64,000 nucleotides of DNA from Candidatus Lindowbacteria bacterium RIFCSPLOWO2_12_FULL_62_27 (GTDB lineage: Bacteria; Lindowbacteria; 2-12-FULL-62-27), in NCBI GenBank assembly GCA_001784175.1, contig MFPR01000028.1, forward strand, positions 163,955 to 227,954, in the 5' to 3' direction. The position numbers and the translations under genes were made by a program. Positions within the stretch are counted from its first letter, which is position 1, and each line of letters starts with the position of its first letter. This document shows, piece by piece, positions 20,528 to 28,868 of the stretch. The notes below the pieces were generated by a model. It had not been told where the DNA came from. It worked only from the letters and a program-made list of their open reading frames with translations, and searched no databases.

Positions 20528-21328
20528 TCACGCTTTGGAATGGCCATTCAGCATGCTCCTCACGTACTCGTCCCGGTTCCGTCGAAGCGGAATGGGGCCG
20601 TCCGGCAGGCCGTCGATGAACTGCCGGATCAGCGGGTCCAACGATTCGCGCATGTCCGCCGGTCGGCCGTCGGCCACGACCACGCCCTCGTGCAGAAGTA
20701 TCATCCGGTCGGCGACGGCGAAGGCGCTTTTCATTTCGTGCGTCACCAGAATGGTCGTGATCTTCGTTTTCTTTGCCAGATCCAGAATCAACTGGTCGAT
20801 GGCCGCCGACATCACCGGGTCCAGGCCCGCCGACGGCTCGTCCATGAACAGGACCTCCGGGTCCAGCGCCATCGCCCTCGCCAGCGCCACGCGCTTGGCC
20901 ATCCCGCCGCTGATCTGCGAGGGATAGAGATCGCCGAACCCCGTCAGGCCTACCATGTCCAGCTTCATTTTTACCATGATGTCGACGACCTTCCCGCCCA
21001 GAGTCGTATGCTCATGGATCGGAAACGCCACGTTCTCCCCGACGGTCAGCGAGCCGAAGAGCGCTCCGCCCTGGAAACAGAAACCCCACCGCTTCCGCAG
21101 CCGGTCCAGATCCTCCTCCGTCATCCGCACGATGTCCTGCCCGTTGTACAGAACCCGGCCGGCGCTCGGTTTCTCAATCCCCGACAGCACCCTGAGAAGC
21201 GTCGACTTGCCGCACCCGCTGCCGCCCATGATCACCATGGTCTCGCCCGGCGCCACTTTGAAGCTCACGCCCCGAAGCACCGCCCGCGGCCCGTACCGCT
21301 GCTCGATGCCTTCCACGGCAATGTCCAT
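20528..21328 (-). CDS. mlaF: MlaF-type ABC ATPase
   Basis: GGSGCGKST, ISGGMAKR, DEPSAGLDP. Confidence 0.92.
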   Translation of the reverse strand: MDIAVEGIEQRYGPRAVLRGVSFKVAPGETMVIMGGSGCGKSTLLRVLSGIEKPSAGRVLYNGQDIVRMTEEDLDRLRKRWGFCFQGGALFGSLTVGENVAFPIHEHTTLGGKVVDIMVKMKLDMVGLTGFGDLYPSQISGGMAKRVALARAMALDPEVLFMDEPSAGLDPVMSAAIDQLILDLAKKTKITTILVTHEMKSAFAVADRMILLHEGVVVADGRPADMRESLDPLIRQFIDGLPDGPIPLRRNRDEYVRSMLNGHSKA

Positions 21329-21330
21329 CG

Positions 21331-22101
21331 TCAGGCGAAATAGAACAGCGCGGTGAACAGAAGATCCGCGATGATGATCGCCACGATCGACTGCACCACG
21401 GTCTCCGTCGTCGCCGTCCCCACGCCCACGGCGCCGCCGCGCACGTAGTAGCCCTTGTAGCAGGAGATGAGTCCGATCAGCACGGCAAAGATCACGCTCT
21501 TCGCAAAGCCGGTCAGAAAATCCTTCATCACCAGGCCCTCGATCGCCACTTTGTAAAACAGGCTCGGCGCAAGATTCAGATACGCCCAGCCGATCACCAG
21601 TCCCCCCAGAATCGCGACGGCGTCGCCGATCAACGTCAGGATCGGCAGCGAAATCACCAGGCCCGCCACGCGCGGCACCAGCAGAATCCGCACGGGATTC
21701 AGCGCCATCGTCCGAAGCGCCGTGATCTCCTCTGAAACCGACATCGTGCCCAGCTCCGCCGCCACGCCGGCGCCCACACGTCCCGAGACGAGAATCGCCG
21801 TGATCAGCGGGCCCAGCTCGCGCACGACCGACACCGACACGAGCGACGCCACGTACAGCGTCGCGCCGAACTTCGCCAACTGGTATGCCGTCTGCATCGC
21901 AAGGATCATCCCGACGAAACTGCAGATCAGACACACGATCGGCACCGACCCGATCCCCATCCGGTACACACACCGCACGACCTCCGACAGCTTCGCAAAT
22001 TCCCCGCGCAACGGCCGCACCACGCCCCGGTGAAAAATCTCGCCCGCCAGCAGGCAAAACCGCCCGAACCGCTCCATGCCTTCGATGAATCTAGTCGACA
22101 A
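21331..22101 (-). CDS. mlaE: MlaE family permease
   Basis: RELGPLITAILVSGRVGA..AAELGTM..EEI.AL. Confidence 0.93.
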   Translation of the reverse strand: MSTRFIEGMERFGRFCLLAGEIFHRGVVRPLRGEFAKLSEVVRCVYRMGIGSVPIVCLICSFVGMILAMQTAYQLAKFGATLYVASLVSVSVVRELGPLITAILVSGRVGAGVAAELGTMSVSEEITALRTMALNPVRILLVPRVAGLVISLPILTLIGDAVAILGGLVIGWAYLNLAPSLFYKVAIEGLVMKDFLTGFAKSVIFAVLIGLISCYKGYYVRGGAVGVGTATTETVVQSIVAIIIADLLFTALFYFA

Positions 22102-22402
22102 TCTCGAATACCTCCGTCAGATGCGCGATCTCGAATACCGCCTTCACTTCCGGTTTCATCGCCTTCAGTATCAGCCGGCCTTTTTTGGCCGTCAGCGTCT
22201 GGAGCATCTCCACCAGCGTCGCGATCCCCGACGAGTCCATGTAGGTCACGCCGGAAAGGTCCACCGTGACCTTCTTCATCCGCTGCGCCTCGGACGATTT
22301 CAAAAGATCCCGCAGTTTGGGCGACGTGTTCATGTCGATCTCGCCTTTCACGTGGATCACGGCCTCCTCCAGCGCGGTCACTTCGCTCCTGAGCTCCATC
22401 AT
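22091..22402 (-). CDS. STAS-domain anti-sigma-factor antagonist (RsbV/SpoIIAA-like, possibly MlaB-like)
   Basis: GEID..TSPKLR, DLSGVTYMDSSG. Confidence 0.9.
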   Translation of the reverse strand: MMELRSEVTALEEAVIHVKGEIDMNTSPKLRDLLKSSEAQRMKKVTVDLSGVTYMDSSGIATLVEMLQTLTAKKGRLILKAMKPEVKAVFEIAHLTEVFEIVD

Positions 22403-24075
22403 CCCACGCGCTTCCTCATCCGCAGCCGGTTCCCTTCCGCCGTGTCGTCATACGAAACTTCGTCGAATACGGTCTTGATGAAATGGATCCCCAGCCCGCC
22501 TGGCCTCACTTCCTCCAGCGGCCGGCTCACCAGACTGTCCGGATCCACCTTCGGCCCGTAATCCCGCACGACGATTTCAAACATGCCTCCCAAGAGCGCC
22601 ATCTCGATCTCGATCGACTGCGTCTGATCGTTCTTGTACGTGTGCCGGATCACATTGCTCACGGCCTCCGACAGCGCGACCTGGATCTCGGAGACGACTT
22701 TCGCGTCGCCGCCTGCTAGCAGCCGGCCGGCCGCGCTGCGAACGAGACTCAGATACGCCGGATGCGACCGCATCTCAAAGGCGGCCGTCCGCGAGGCGCG
22801 CACATCGCCGAAGACGACCAGCGTCGTGTCGTCCGCAGGCTCGGCGCCGCCCACGAACCGCTCCAGGTCCAGACATATCTTTTCGCAGAGGACCCCCGGC
22901 GTGAGATTCGTCCGGGCCAGCATCCCGTTCAGGCGATCCTGGCCGAACATCCCGCCCTGCTCGTTCCTTGCCTCCGTCACGCCGTCCGTGATCGCGAGAA
23001 TCCGAAACCCGGCCGGCAACTCGAACGTCTCGGTCTCGTACCGGCGCCCGGGCAGAATCCCGATCGGCGGATTGCGGCCGATCCGCGTCTCCTCCCACCG
23101 GCCGCCCCGGTAAAATAAAAATGGAAGATGCCCGGCGTTCGCCGCCACCACCGCCCGCCGCGCCGGATCCAGCAAAAACAGGATCATCGTCACAAACATC
23201 CCCCGCGTCGTCTGATCGCACAGCGCCTCGTTCACCCTCGACAACGCGTCCGACGCGGTCTCCCCGCGCTTCAGGCCCGCCCGCAGCTCCGTCAACAGCC
23301 GGCACATGTAGAGCGCCGCCGGAAGGCCCTTCCCGGACACGTCGCCGAGCAGGATCGCGGTGTGCCCGTCCGGAGTCTGGAACGCGTCATAAAAATCACC
23401 GGAGACCTGCCGCGCCGGCAGAAGCCGCCCCGCGAATTCATATCCGGCGACCTCCGGAAACTGCCGCGGGATGTAACTCTCCTGCACCTGCCGCGCCGCC
23501 AGGATCTCCTGCCGCATCTTTTCCTCGTCCAGGAGCTGCCGGTGAAGCCTCGCGTTTTCGAGCGCCACCGCCAGCGTGCCCGCAAAGACCGAAAACAGCA
23601 CCAGGTCCTCCTCTGTGAAACTCCCGCCGTCCGCGCGGTTGATCGCTTGCGCCACTCCGATCAGCCGGTCATGGCTCTGAATGGGAACGCACAGCACGCT
23701 CTTCGTCTGAAACCCGGTCTTCGAGTCGAAATAGGCGTTGAACCGCTTGTCCTTTCGCACATCCCGGATCAAGAGCGGCGCCTTCGTCCGGCCCACATAT
23801 CCGCAGATGCCCTCGCCGATCCGGATCCGGTGGTTTTTCAGGATGTTCTCCGCATCCCCCAGCGCCACCGCGAACTCCAGATACTCGCCGGTCGGATCCA
23901 GCAGCAGTATGCTGCCGGTCTCCGCGTCCACCACGTCCCGCTCCAGCTCCAGGCTCCGGCGCAGCACTTCCGTTATGTCCAGGGTCCCGGCCACAGTCTG
24001 ATTGATCCGCAACAACTTCTCCAGCTTGCGGGAAAGTTCCGGCGTCTCGGGCGGCGCGTCCGGGGATGAGGTCAT
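22399..24075 (-). CDS. GAF + PP2C (SpoIIE/RsbU) phosphatase + RsbW-like kinase fusion
   Basis: GAF; SGDFYD, GDVSGKG, TDGVTE, DDTT; then EAVSNVIRH, D.G, GGLG. Confidence 0.9.
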   Translation of the reverse strand: MTSSPDAPPETPELSRKLEKLLRINQTVAGTLDITEVLRRSLELERDVVDAETGSILLLDPTGEYLEFAVALGDAENILKNHRIRIGEGICGYVGRTKAPLLIRDVRKDKRFNAYFDSKTGFQTKSVLCVPIQSHDRLIGVAQAINRADGGSFTEEDLVLFSVFAGTLAVALENARLHRQLLDEEKMRQEILAARQVQESYIPRQFPEVAGYEFAGRLLPARQVSGDFYDAFQTPDGHTAILLGDVSGKGLPAALYMCRLLTELRAGLKRGETASDALSRVNEALCDQTTRGMFVTMILFLLDPARRAVVAANAGHLPFLFYRGGRWEETRIGRNPPIGILPGRRYETETFELPAGFRILAITDGVTEARNEQGGMFGQDRLNGMLARTNLTPGVLCEKICLDLERFVGGAEPADDTTLVVFGDVRASRTAAFEMRSHPAYLSLVRSAAGRLLAGGDAKVVSEIQVALSEAVSNVIRHTYKNDQTQSIEIEMALLGGMFEIVVRDYGPKVDPDSLVSRPLEEVRPGGLGIHFIKTVFDEVSYDDTAEGNRLRMRKRVG

Positions 24076-24153
24076 GCGCCCAAAATACGTGACTCGGGCC
24101 CGATCTTCAAGAAAAATTTGCCTCCCGGAGGAAAATGATATAAAATCCATTTA

Positions 24154-25425
24154 ATGAATGCCGCGACCGTTGCCAGGTTCCTGGACTACGTCCGTACCAG
24201 CGGGACGTTTGACGATGCCAAAATCCGCAAGGTGGTGCATCAATACCGGTCCTTTGATCGCCGCATGGGCCAGCTCGGATGCTTCCTCGGATATATCCAG
24301 CCTGAACAGATCAACGACGTTTTGTTGGAACAGGCCGCGCGCGACGGATCCTTCGGAGATTGCGCCGTCCGGTTGAACTTGTTGACGCCCCCGCAGATAT
24401 CACGACTCGCCAACCTTCAGAAAGACCACCTCTCCATCTTCGCGCAGGCCGTCGGAATTCAAAAGGCGCTTACCCCGCTCGAAATTTTCTCCGCGCTCGA
24501 TGAGTATGTCTCCCGGCATCCCGAGGCCCTCCGGCCGGCGGATGCGGTCACCGAGGTCGATGAGAATCTCCGCGGGAAAGTTCGCGTCGCCCTCCAGCGG
24601 GTCCAGCATATCGCGCCGCTGCCGCAGACCGTCGAAAAAGTCGCCTCCATGCTGCAGGACCCCGAGGTCGACCTCGACGCCGTCGCGGAGGTGCTCCGCA
24701 TGGATCCCGGCCTGACCTCCTCCATCCTCAGACTCTCGAACTCCGCGTTCTACGGCCTGCGGTCCAAGATCGGCAGCATCAAGAAGGCCCTCTCGGTCGT
24801 GGGAACCACGAAACTGCGGCAGATCGTGATCGCCGCCGGCATCATGCAGAAATTCCAGGAAATCCCGCAGGACACCGCCGCACGCCTCTGGGAACAAGCC
24901 CTCCGCGCCGCCGAGTGCGCCAAGGAGCTGGGCAAATACTGCCGGATCGCCGAACTCGATGAACTCTTCGTCTGCGGGCTCCTCCACAACGTCGGCGAAA
25001 TGCTCATCGAGCAGTACTTCCCGGAGGAGGCCGGGCAGATTCGGGATAAACGCAATTCCAAACCCGCGCAGATCGCCGCCGAACGGCAGCTCCTCGGCGG
25101 CACCCACGCCGACCTCGCCGGAGTCCTCCTCCACATCTGGAATCTTCCCCGGCCGACGGTCCTCAGCGCCATGTTTCACCACCACGACTGCAATATCCTG
25201 GTCCATACGCCCGGCGTCCCGGACGAGGTCTTCATCGTCCACATGGCCGCCACCATCTGCGACCTCCCGACCGGCCTCGACGCCTTCTCCTACAGCAAGG
25301 CCCTCGATCTCATCTCGGTGATTTACCGGGAACGGCTCAAATACCCGGAGATCCTCGATCTCACCACGCTGGTGGCCCACGTCGACGCCAACATCGAACA
25401 ACTCGATCAAAAGTATTTCCGCTGA
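24154..25425 (+). CDS. HDOD-domain protein
   Basis: LP..V, DPGLTSSILRLSNSAFYG, GLLHNVG, HA..WNLP, HH. Confidence 0.9.
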   Translation: MNAATVARFLDYVRTSGTFDDAKIRKVVHQYRSFDRRMGQLGCFLGYIQPEQINDVLLEQAARDGSFGDCAVRLNLLTPPQISRLANLQKDHLSIFAQAVGIQKALTPLEIFSALDEYVSRHPEALRPADAVTEVDENLRGKVRVALQRVQHIAPLPQTVEKVASMLQDPEVDLDAVAEVLRMDPGLTSSILRLSNSAFYGLRSKIGSIKKALSVVGTTKLRQIVIAAGIMQKFQEIPQDTAARLWEQALRAAECAKELGKYCRIAELDELFVCGLLHNVGEMLIEQYFPEEAGQIRDKRNSKPAQIAAERQLLGGTHADLAGVLLHIWNLPRPTVLSAMFHHHDCNILVHTPGVPDEVFIVHMAATICDLPTGLDAFSYSKALDLISVIYRERLKYPEILDLTTLVAHVDANIEQLDQKYFR

Positions 25426-25462
25426 TCTTGTAACTCCCCCGGCCGTAGGATATATCCGTTCC

Positions 25463-27520
25463 ATGGCCAAAGAACGCGAAATCATTTTTCAGTTCCGGCT
25501 TGACGACGATCCGGCCAAAAATAACGCCGCCATCGAGCGATTCTTGCGCGAACTTGAGCGCACTTGGGAAAAAAATGAGGAGGTCCGGACCGAACGCGAA
25601 TCGATCCGCGCCGAGGGCGGGACCTACGAGGTCCAGTTCCGGCTCTATGTGCCGAAACTGTCCACGGACTCCAGGGGCATCGAGATCGTCGGCACGGGGG
25701 AGGAGGAGTACGACCAGCTTTTTGAGCTCGCGATCCTGGTGCTCGAAGAGCGCCTCCAGAAAAAAGAAATCCCCTACATCATGCGCGCCTCCAAGGAACG
25801 GTTCACCGCCGGATTCGAGGACCTCCACATGAAACTCGACGAGATCGACGAGGTCCTCAAGGAGAAGAAGCTGACGGAGGCCGAACGCAAGGAGATCGTC
25901 GCGGAACTCTCCGGGATCGTGTCCAAACTCGATTTCCTCGCGCTCAACATCCGCCTCATCGAAGACCGCATCGTCGAAATGATGAACCGATACGAGCTGG
26001 AGATTCCCAAGTCCCCCCCGTCCGCGGCTTCCCCCGCGCCCCAGCCGGCGGTCGACTTCGCCATCAACCGGCCCCGCGACGATTTCGTCCAGCATTTCTC
26101 CGCCGGCAGCGGCTATTTCGACCTCGGCCTCTACAAGGAGGCCGCGGAGGAATTCGCGCGGGCCATCGCGATCGACAAAAAGGATTTCGGCGCGCGCACG
26201 AACCTCGCATGGGCCTATCTCCTCGACAACAAGATCGACGCGGCCATCGACAAGTTCCACGAAATCCTCAAGGCCCGGCCCGACTACGTCCACGCCTACA
26301 ACGGGCTCGGCTACGCGCTCCTCCGCGCCGACCGGCTCTTCGAGGCGCGCACGGCCTTCCAGAAGGTCCTCGAGTCGCCCGCGGCCGATAAAAATACGCG
26401 ATACTTCGCACACATCAATCTCGGGCTTCTCTACGAAAAGGAAAACGACCCCGACCGCGCCATCCGCGAGTTCGAAAAGGCGGGCGCGCTTTTGCCCAAC
26501 AATCCCGACGCCTATTTCAATATCGCCAATGTCTATTACAACCTCGGCCTCTACGACGAGGCGGAACGAAAATACAAGAAAACCCTTGAACTCAAACCCG
26601 GGTCCATCCCGGTCAAACATTATCTCCTCGCCGCGCAGGCCCAGATGGCCATCCAGGACCGCAGCTTCGACAAGGCCAAAACGCTCTACCAGCAGATTCT
26701 CGCCGACAAGCCCGCCGAACCCATCTTTTACAATAATTTCGGCTCCCTCCTCGAAAAAATCGGCGATTATCACGGCGCGCTCGACGCCTACAAGGACGCC
26801 ACGCGGCTCGATCCCTCGTACGCCATCTCTTATTTCAACCTTGGGTACATCTGCGACCGCATGATGAACGCCCGACGGGCGATCAGCTACTACAAGAAAT
26901 TTCTGGAGTTCCACCCGGACGACAAAATCGCGCTCAACAACCTTGGATGGGACTTTTTCGTCCTGGGTGAAAATGATAAAGCCATTTACTATTACAAAAA
27001 AGCCGCCGCACTCGACGATCAGTTCACCTATCCGGTGAACAATCTCGGCTGGCTCTACATCAAAACCGGAAAGTATGAGGAGGCTGCGACATGTTACGCG
27101 CAAGTGTTGAAGAAGGATCCCAAAAATGCCCTCGCTTACAACGATTTGGGATACCTCTATTACCTCAAGGGCATGTACGACCATGCGATCGTGGAACTGA
27201 AGAAGTCGATCAAGTTCGCCAAGAAGGACGACGTGGCCTACGTCTACGCCTACTACCACCTGGGCCTGGTCTATCACACGATCGGCAAGGAGGATCGTGC
27301 CTTGGAAGCGTTTACTCAGGCCCTCGCCACGGACGACAAATACGTTTCGGCCCACGAGAAAGTGGGCGAATTGTACGAGTCGCTTGGGAATTTCAAGAAA
27401 GCCCGGGAGCATTACAAGCGCTGCCTGGAACTCTTGGATACCAGGAGCTCAATCCGGGAGAAAATCCACAGCAAGCTCCAGAGCCTGTCGTCGAAAGAGA
27501 AATCCAAAGGCGCCCTGTAA
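25463..27520 (+). CDS. TPR repeat protein
   Basis: Many canonical TPRs (AYNGLG, AYFNIA, YNNFG, ALNNLG, YYHLG). Confidence 0.92.
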   Translation: MAKEREIIFQFRLDDDPAKNNAAIERFLRELERTWEKNEEVRTERESIRAEGGTYEVQFRLYVPKLSTDSRGIEIVGTGEEEYDQLFELAILVLEERLQKKEIPYIMRASKERFTAGFEDLHMKLDEIDEVLKEKKLTEAERKEIVAELSGIVSKLDFLALNIRLIEDRIVEMMNRYELEIPKSPPSAASPAPQPAVDFAINRPRDDFVQHFSAGSGYFDLGLYKEAAEEFARAIAIDKKDFGARTNLAWAYLLDNKIDAAIDKFHEILKARPDYVHAYNGLGYALLRADRLFEARTAFQKVLESPAADKNTRYFAHINLGLLYEKENDPDRAIREFEKAGALLPNNPDAYFNIANVYYNLGLYDEAERKYKKTLELKPGSIPVKHYLLAAQAQMAIQDRSFDKAKTLYQQILADKPAEPIFYNNFGSLLEKIGDYHGALDAYKDATRLDPSYAISYFNLGYICDRMMNARRAISYYKKFLEFHPDDKIALNNLGWDFFVLGENDKAIYYYKKAAALDDQFTYPVNNLGWLYIKTGKYEEAATCYAQVLKKDPKNALAYNDLGYLYYLKGMYDHAIVELKKSIKFAKKDDVAYVYAYYHLGLVYHTIGKEDRALEAFTQALATDDKYVSAHEKVGELYESLGNFKKAREHYKRCLELLDTRSSIREKIHSKLQSLSSKEKSKGAL

Positions 27521-27621
27521 GGCCGCAGGGCGGGCACGGCGCGCACCGGCGCCACCAGGACAATCGGTCCCTCGTACGCACCGTCCGGTCCCAGCCCCCG
27601 GCAAGGCTCCGCGACCAGCGC

Positions 27622-28083
27622 TTGGCGATCCTCGTGGACGTGCAGAACATGTTTTATTCGGCCAAGTACCAGCACAACGCCAAGCTCAATTTCTCGCGTC
27701 TCAAGGACACCGTCGTCGGCGGCCGGCAGCTCATCCGGTCCATCTGCTACATCGTCCAGACACCGGAAATCGACCAGACCAACTTCATGAAAACGCTCGA
27801 CGTGCTCGGCTACGAGGTCAAGAGCAAGGACCTCAAGCTCCGGCAGGACGGCTCGGCCAAGGGCGACTGGGACATGGGAATCGCCATTGACGCCATGTCG
27901 ATCGCCCCGCGCGTCGATGTCGTCGCCCTCGTCACCGGCGACGGCGATTTCGCCGAACTCGTCTGGCACCTGCGCGGCCAGGGCGTCCGCGTCGAGGTCT
28001 ATTCCTTCACGCAGAGCACCGCCGAGGAACTCAAGCGCGCCGCCACCGTGTTCTGCCCGCTGACCGAACACGTCCTGATGTAA
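27622..28083 (+). CDS. NYN/LabA-DUF88 domain protein (start uncertain)
   Basis: VDVQN, KGDWDMGIAID, TGDGDF; first available start is TTG at 27622. Confidence 0.85.
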   Translation: MAILVDVQNMFYSAKYQHNAKLNFSRLKDTVVGGRQLIRSICYIVQTPEIDQTNFMKTLDVLGYEVKSKDLKLRQDGSAKGDWDMGIAIDAMSIAPRVDVVALVTGDGDFAELVWHLRGQGVRVEVYSFTQSTAEELKRAATVFCPLTEHVLM

Positions 28084-28103
28084 GCCCGGTCGCGGTCGGC
28101 GGA

Positions 28104-28868
28104 ATGAAGCCCGGGTCTCTCAACGAAGAGGCTCTGAGCGTCCTCTCGGACCTCCGTCTCTATCTGCACCAGCGGTACGGGGTGCCTCTGGGTGTTGCCC
28201 CCTCTCCCCCTCTTGCATTTCCCCTTGTATTTCCCCCTCTCCCCCGTGAGGGGGAGAGGGTTGGGGTGAGGGGGTCTACGACGCCGCCCGCCTCAGAAAT
28301 CCCAGCTTCGGCGCGAACGCTCGAAGAGGTGCGCCGGATTCTGGGCGACTGCCGCCGCTGTGGCCTCTGCGCGGGCAGGACAAACATCGTTTTTGGAGAC
28401 GGCCCGGACGCGGCGGGCCTCATGATCGTCGGAGAGGCGCCGGGCGCGGAAGAAGACGCCCAGGGGAAGCCTTTTGTCGGCCGCTCGGGCCAGCTCTTGA
28501 GCCGGATGCTCAAAGCCCTCGGTCTCGAGCGCGAACAGGTTTACATCACCAACGTGGTCAAATGCCGCCCGCCGGAAAATCGAAATCCCAAAGTCGACGA
28601 AGTATCGGCCTGTTCGCCGTTTCTCACGGAACAGGCCCGGCTGGTTCGCCCGAAGGTCCTCCTCGCCCTCGGAACCTTCGCCGCGCAGACGCTCCTGCAA
28701 ACCAACGAGCCCATCATGAAACTCCGTGGCAAACCGTACACGTATGCCGGCCTGCCGCTCATCGTCACGCTCCATCCCGCAGCCTGCTTGTACAATCCGG
28801 GCAATAAAAAATATGTCTGGGAGGACATCAAGGGCATCCCGGAGATGCTGAAGATGGACCCCGCTTGA
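28104..28868 (+). CDS. udg: Family-4 uracil-DNA glycosylase
   Basis: CRRC.LC, GEAPG..ED, PFVGRSG, NVVKCRPP.NR, HPA. Confidence 0.93.
   Translation: MKPGSLNEEALSVLSDLRLYLHQRYGVPLGVAPSPPLAFPLVFPPLPREGERVGVRGSTTPPASEIPASARTLEEVRRILGDCRRCGLCAGRTNIVFGDGPDAAGLMIVGEAPGAEEDAQGKPFVGRSGQLLSRMLKALGLEREQVYITNVVKCRPPENRNPKVDEVSACSPFLTEQARLVRPKVLLALGTFAAQTLLQTNEPIMKLRGKPYTYAGLPLIVTLHPAACLYNPGNKKYVWEDIKGIPEMLKMDPA
28233..28274 (-). repeat. REP-like palindromic element, in-frame in udg
   Basis: CCCTCTCCCCC-GTGA-GGGGGAGAGGG-TTGGGGTGAGGGG. Confidence 0.8.
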
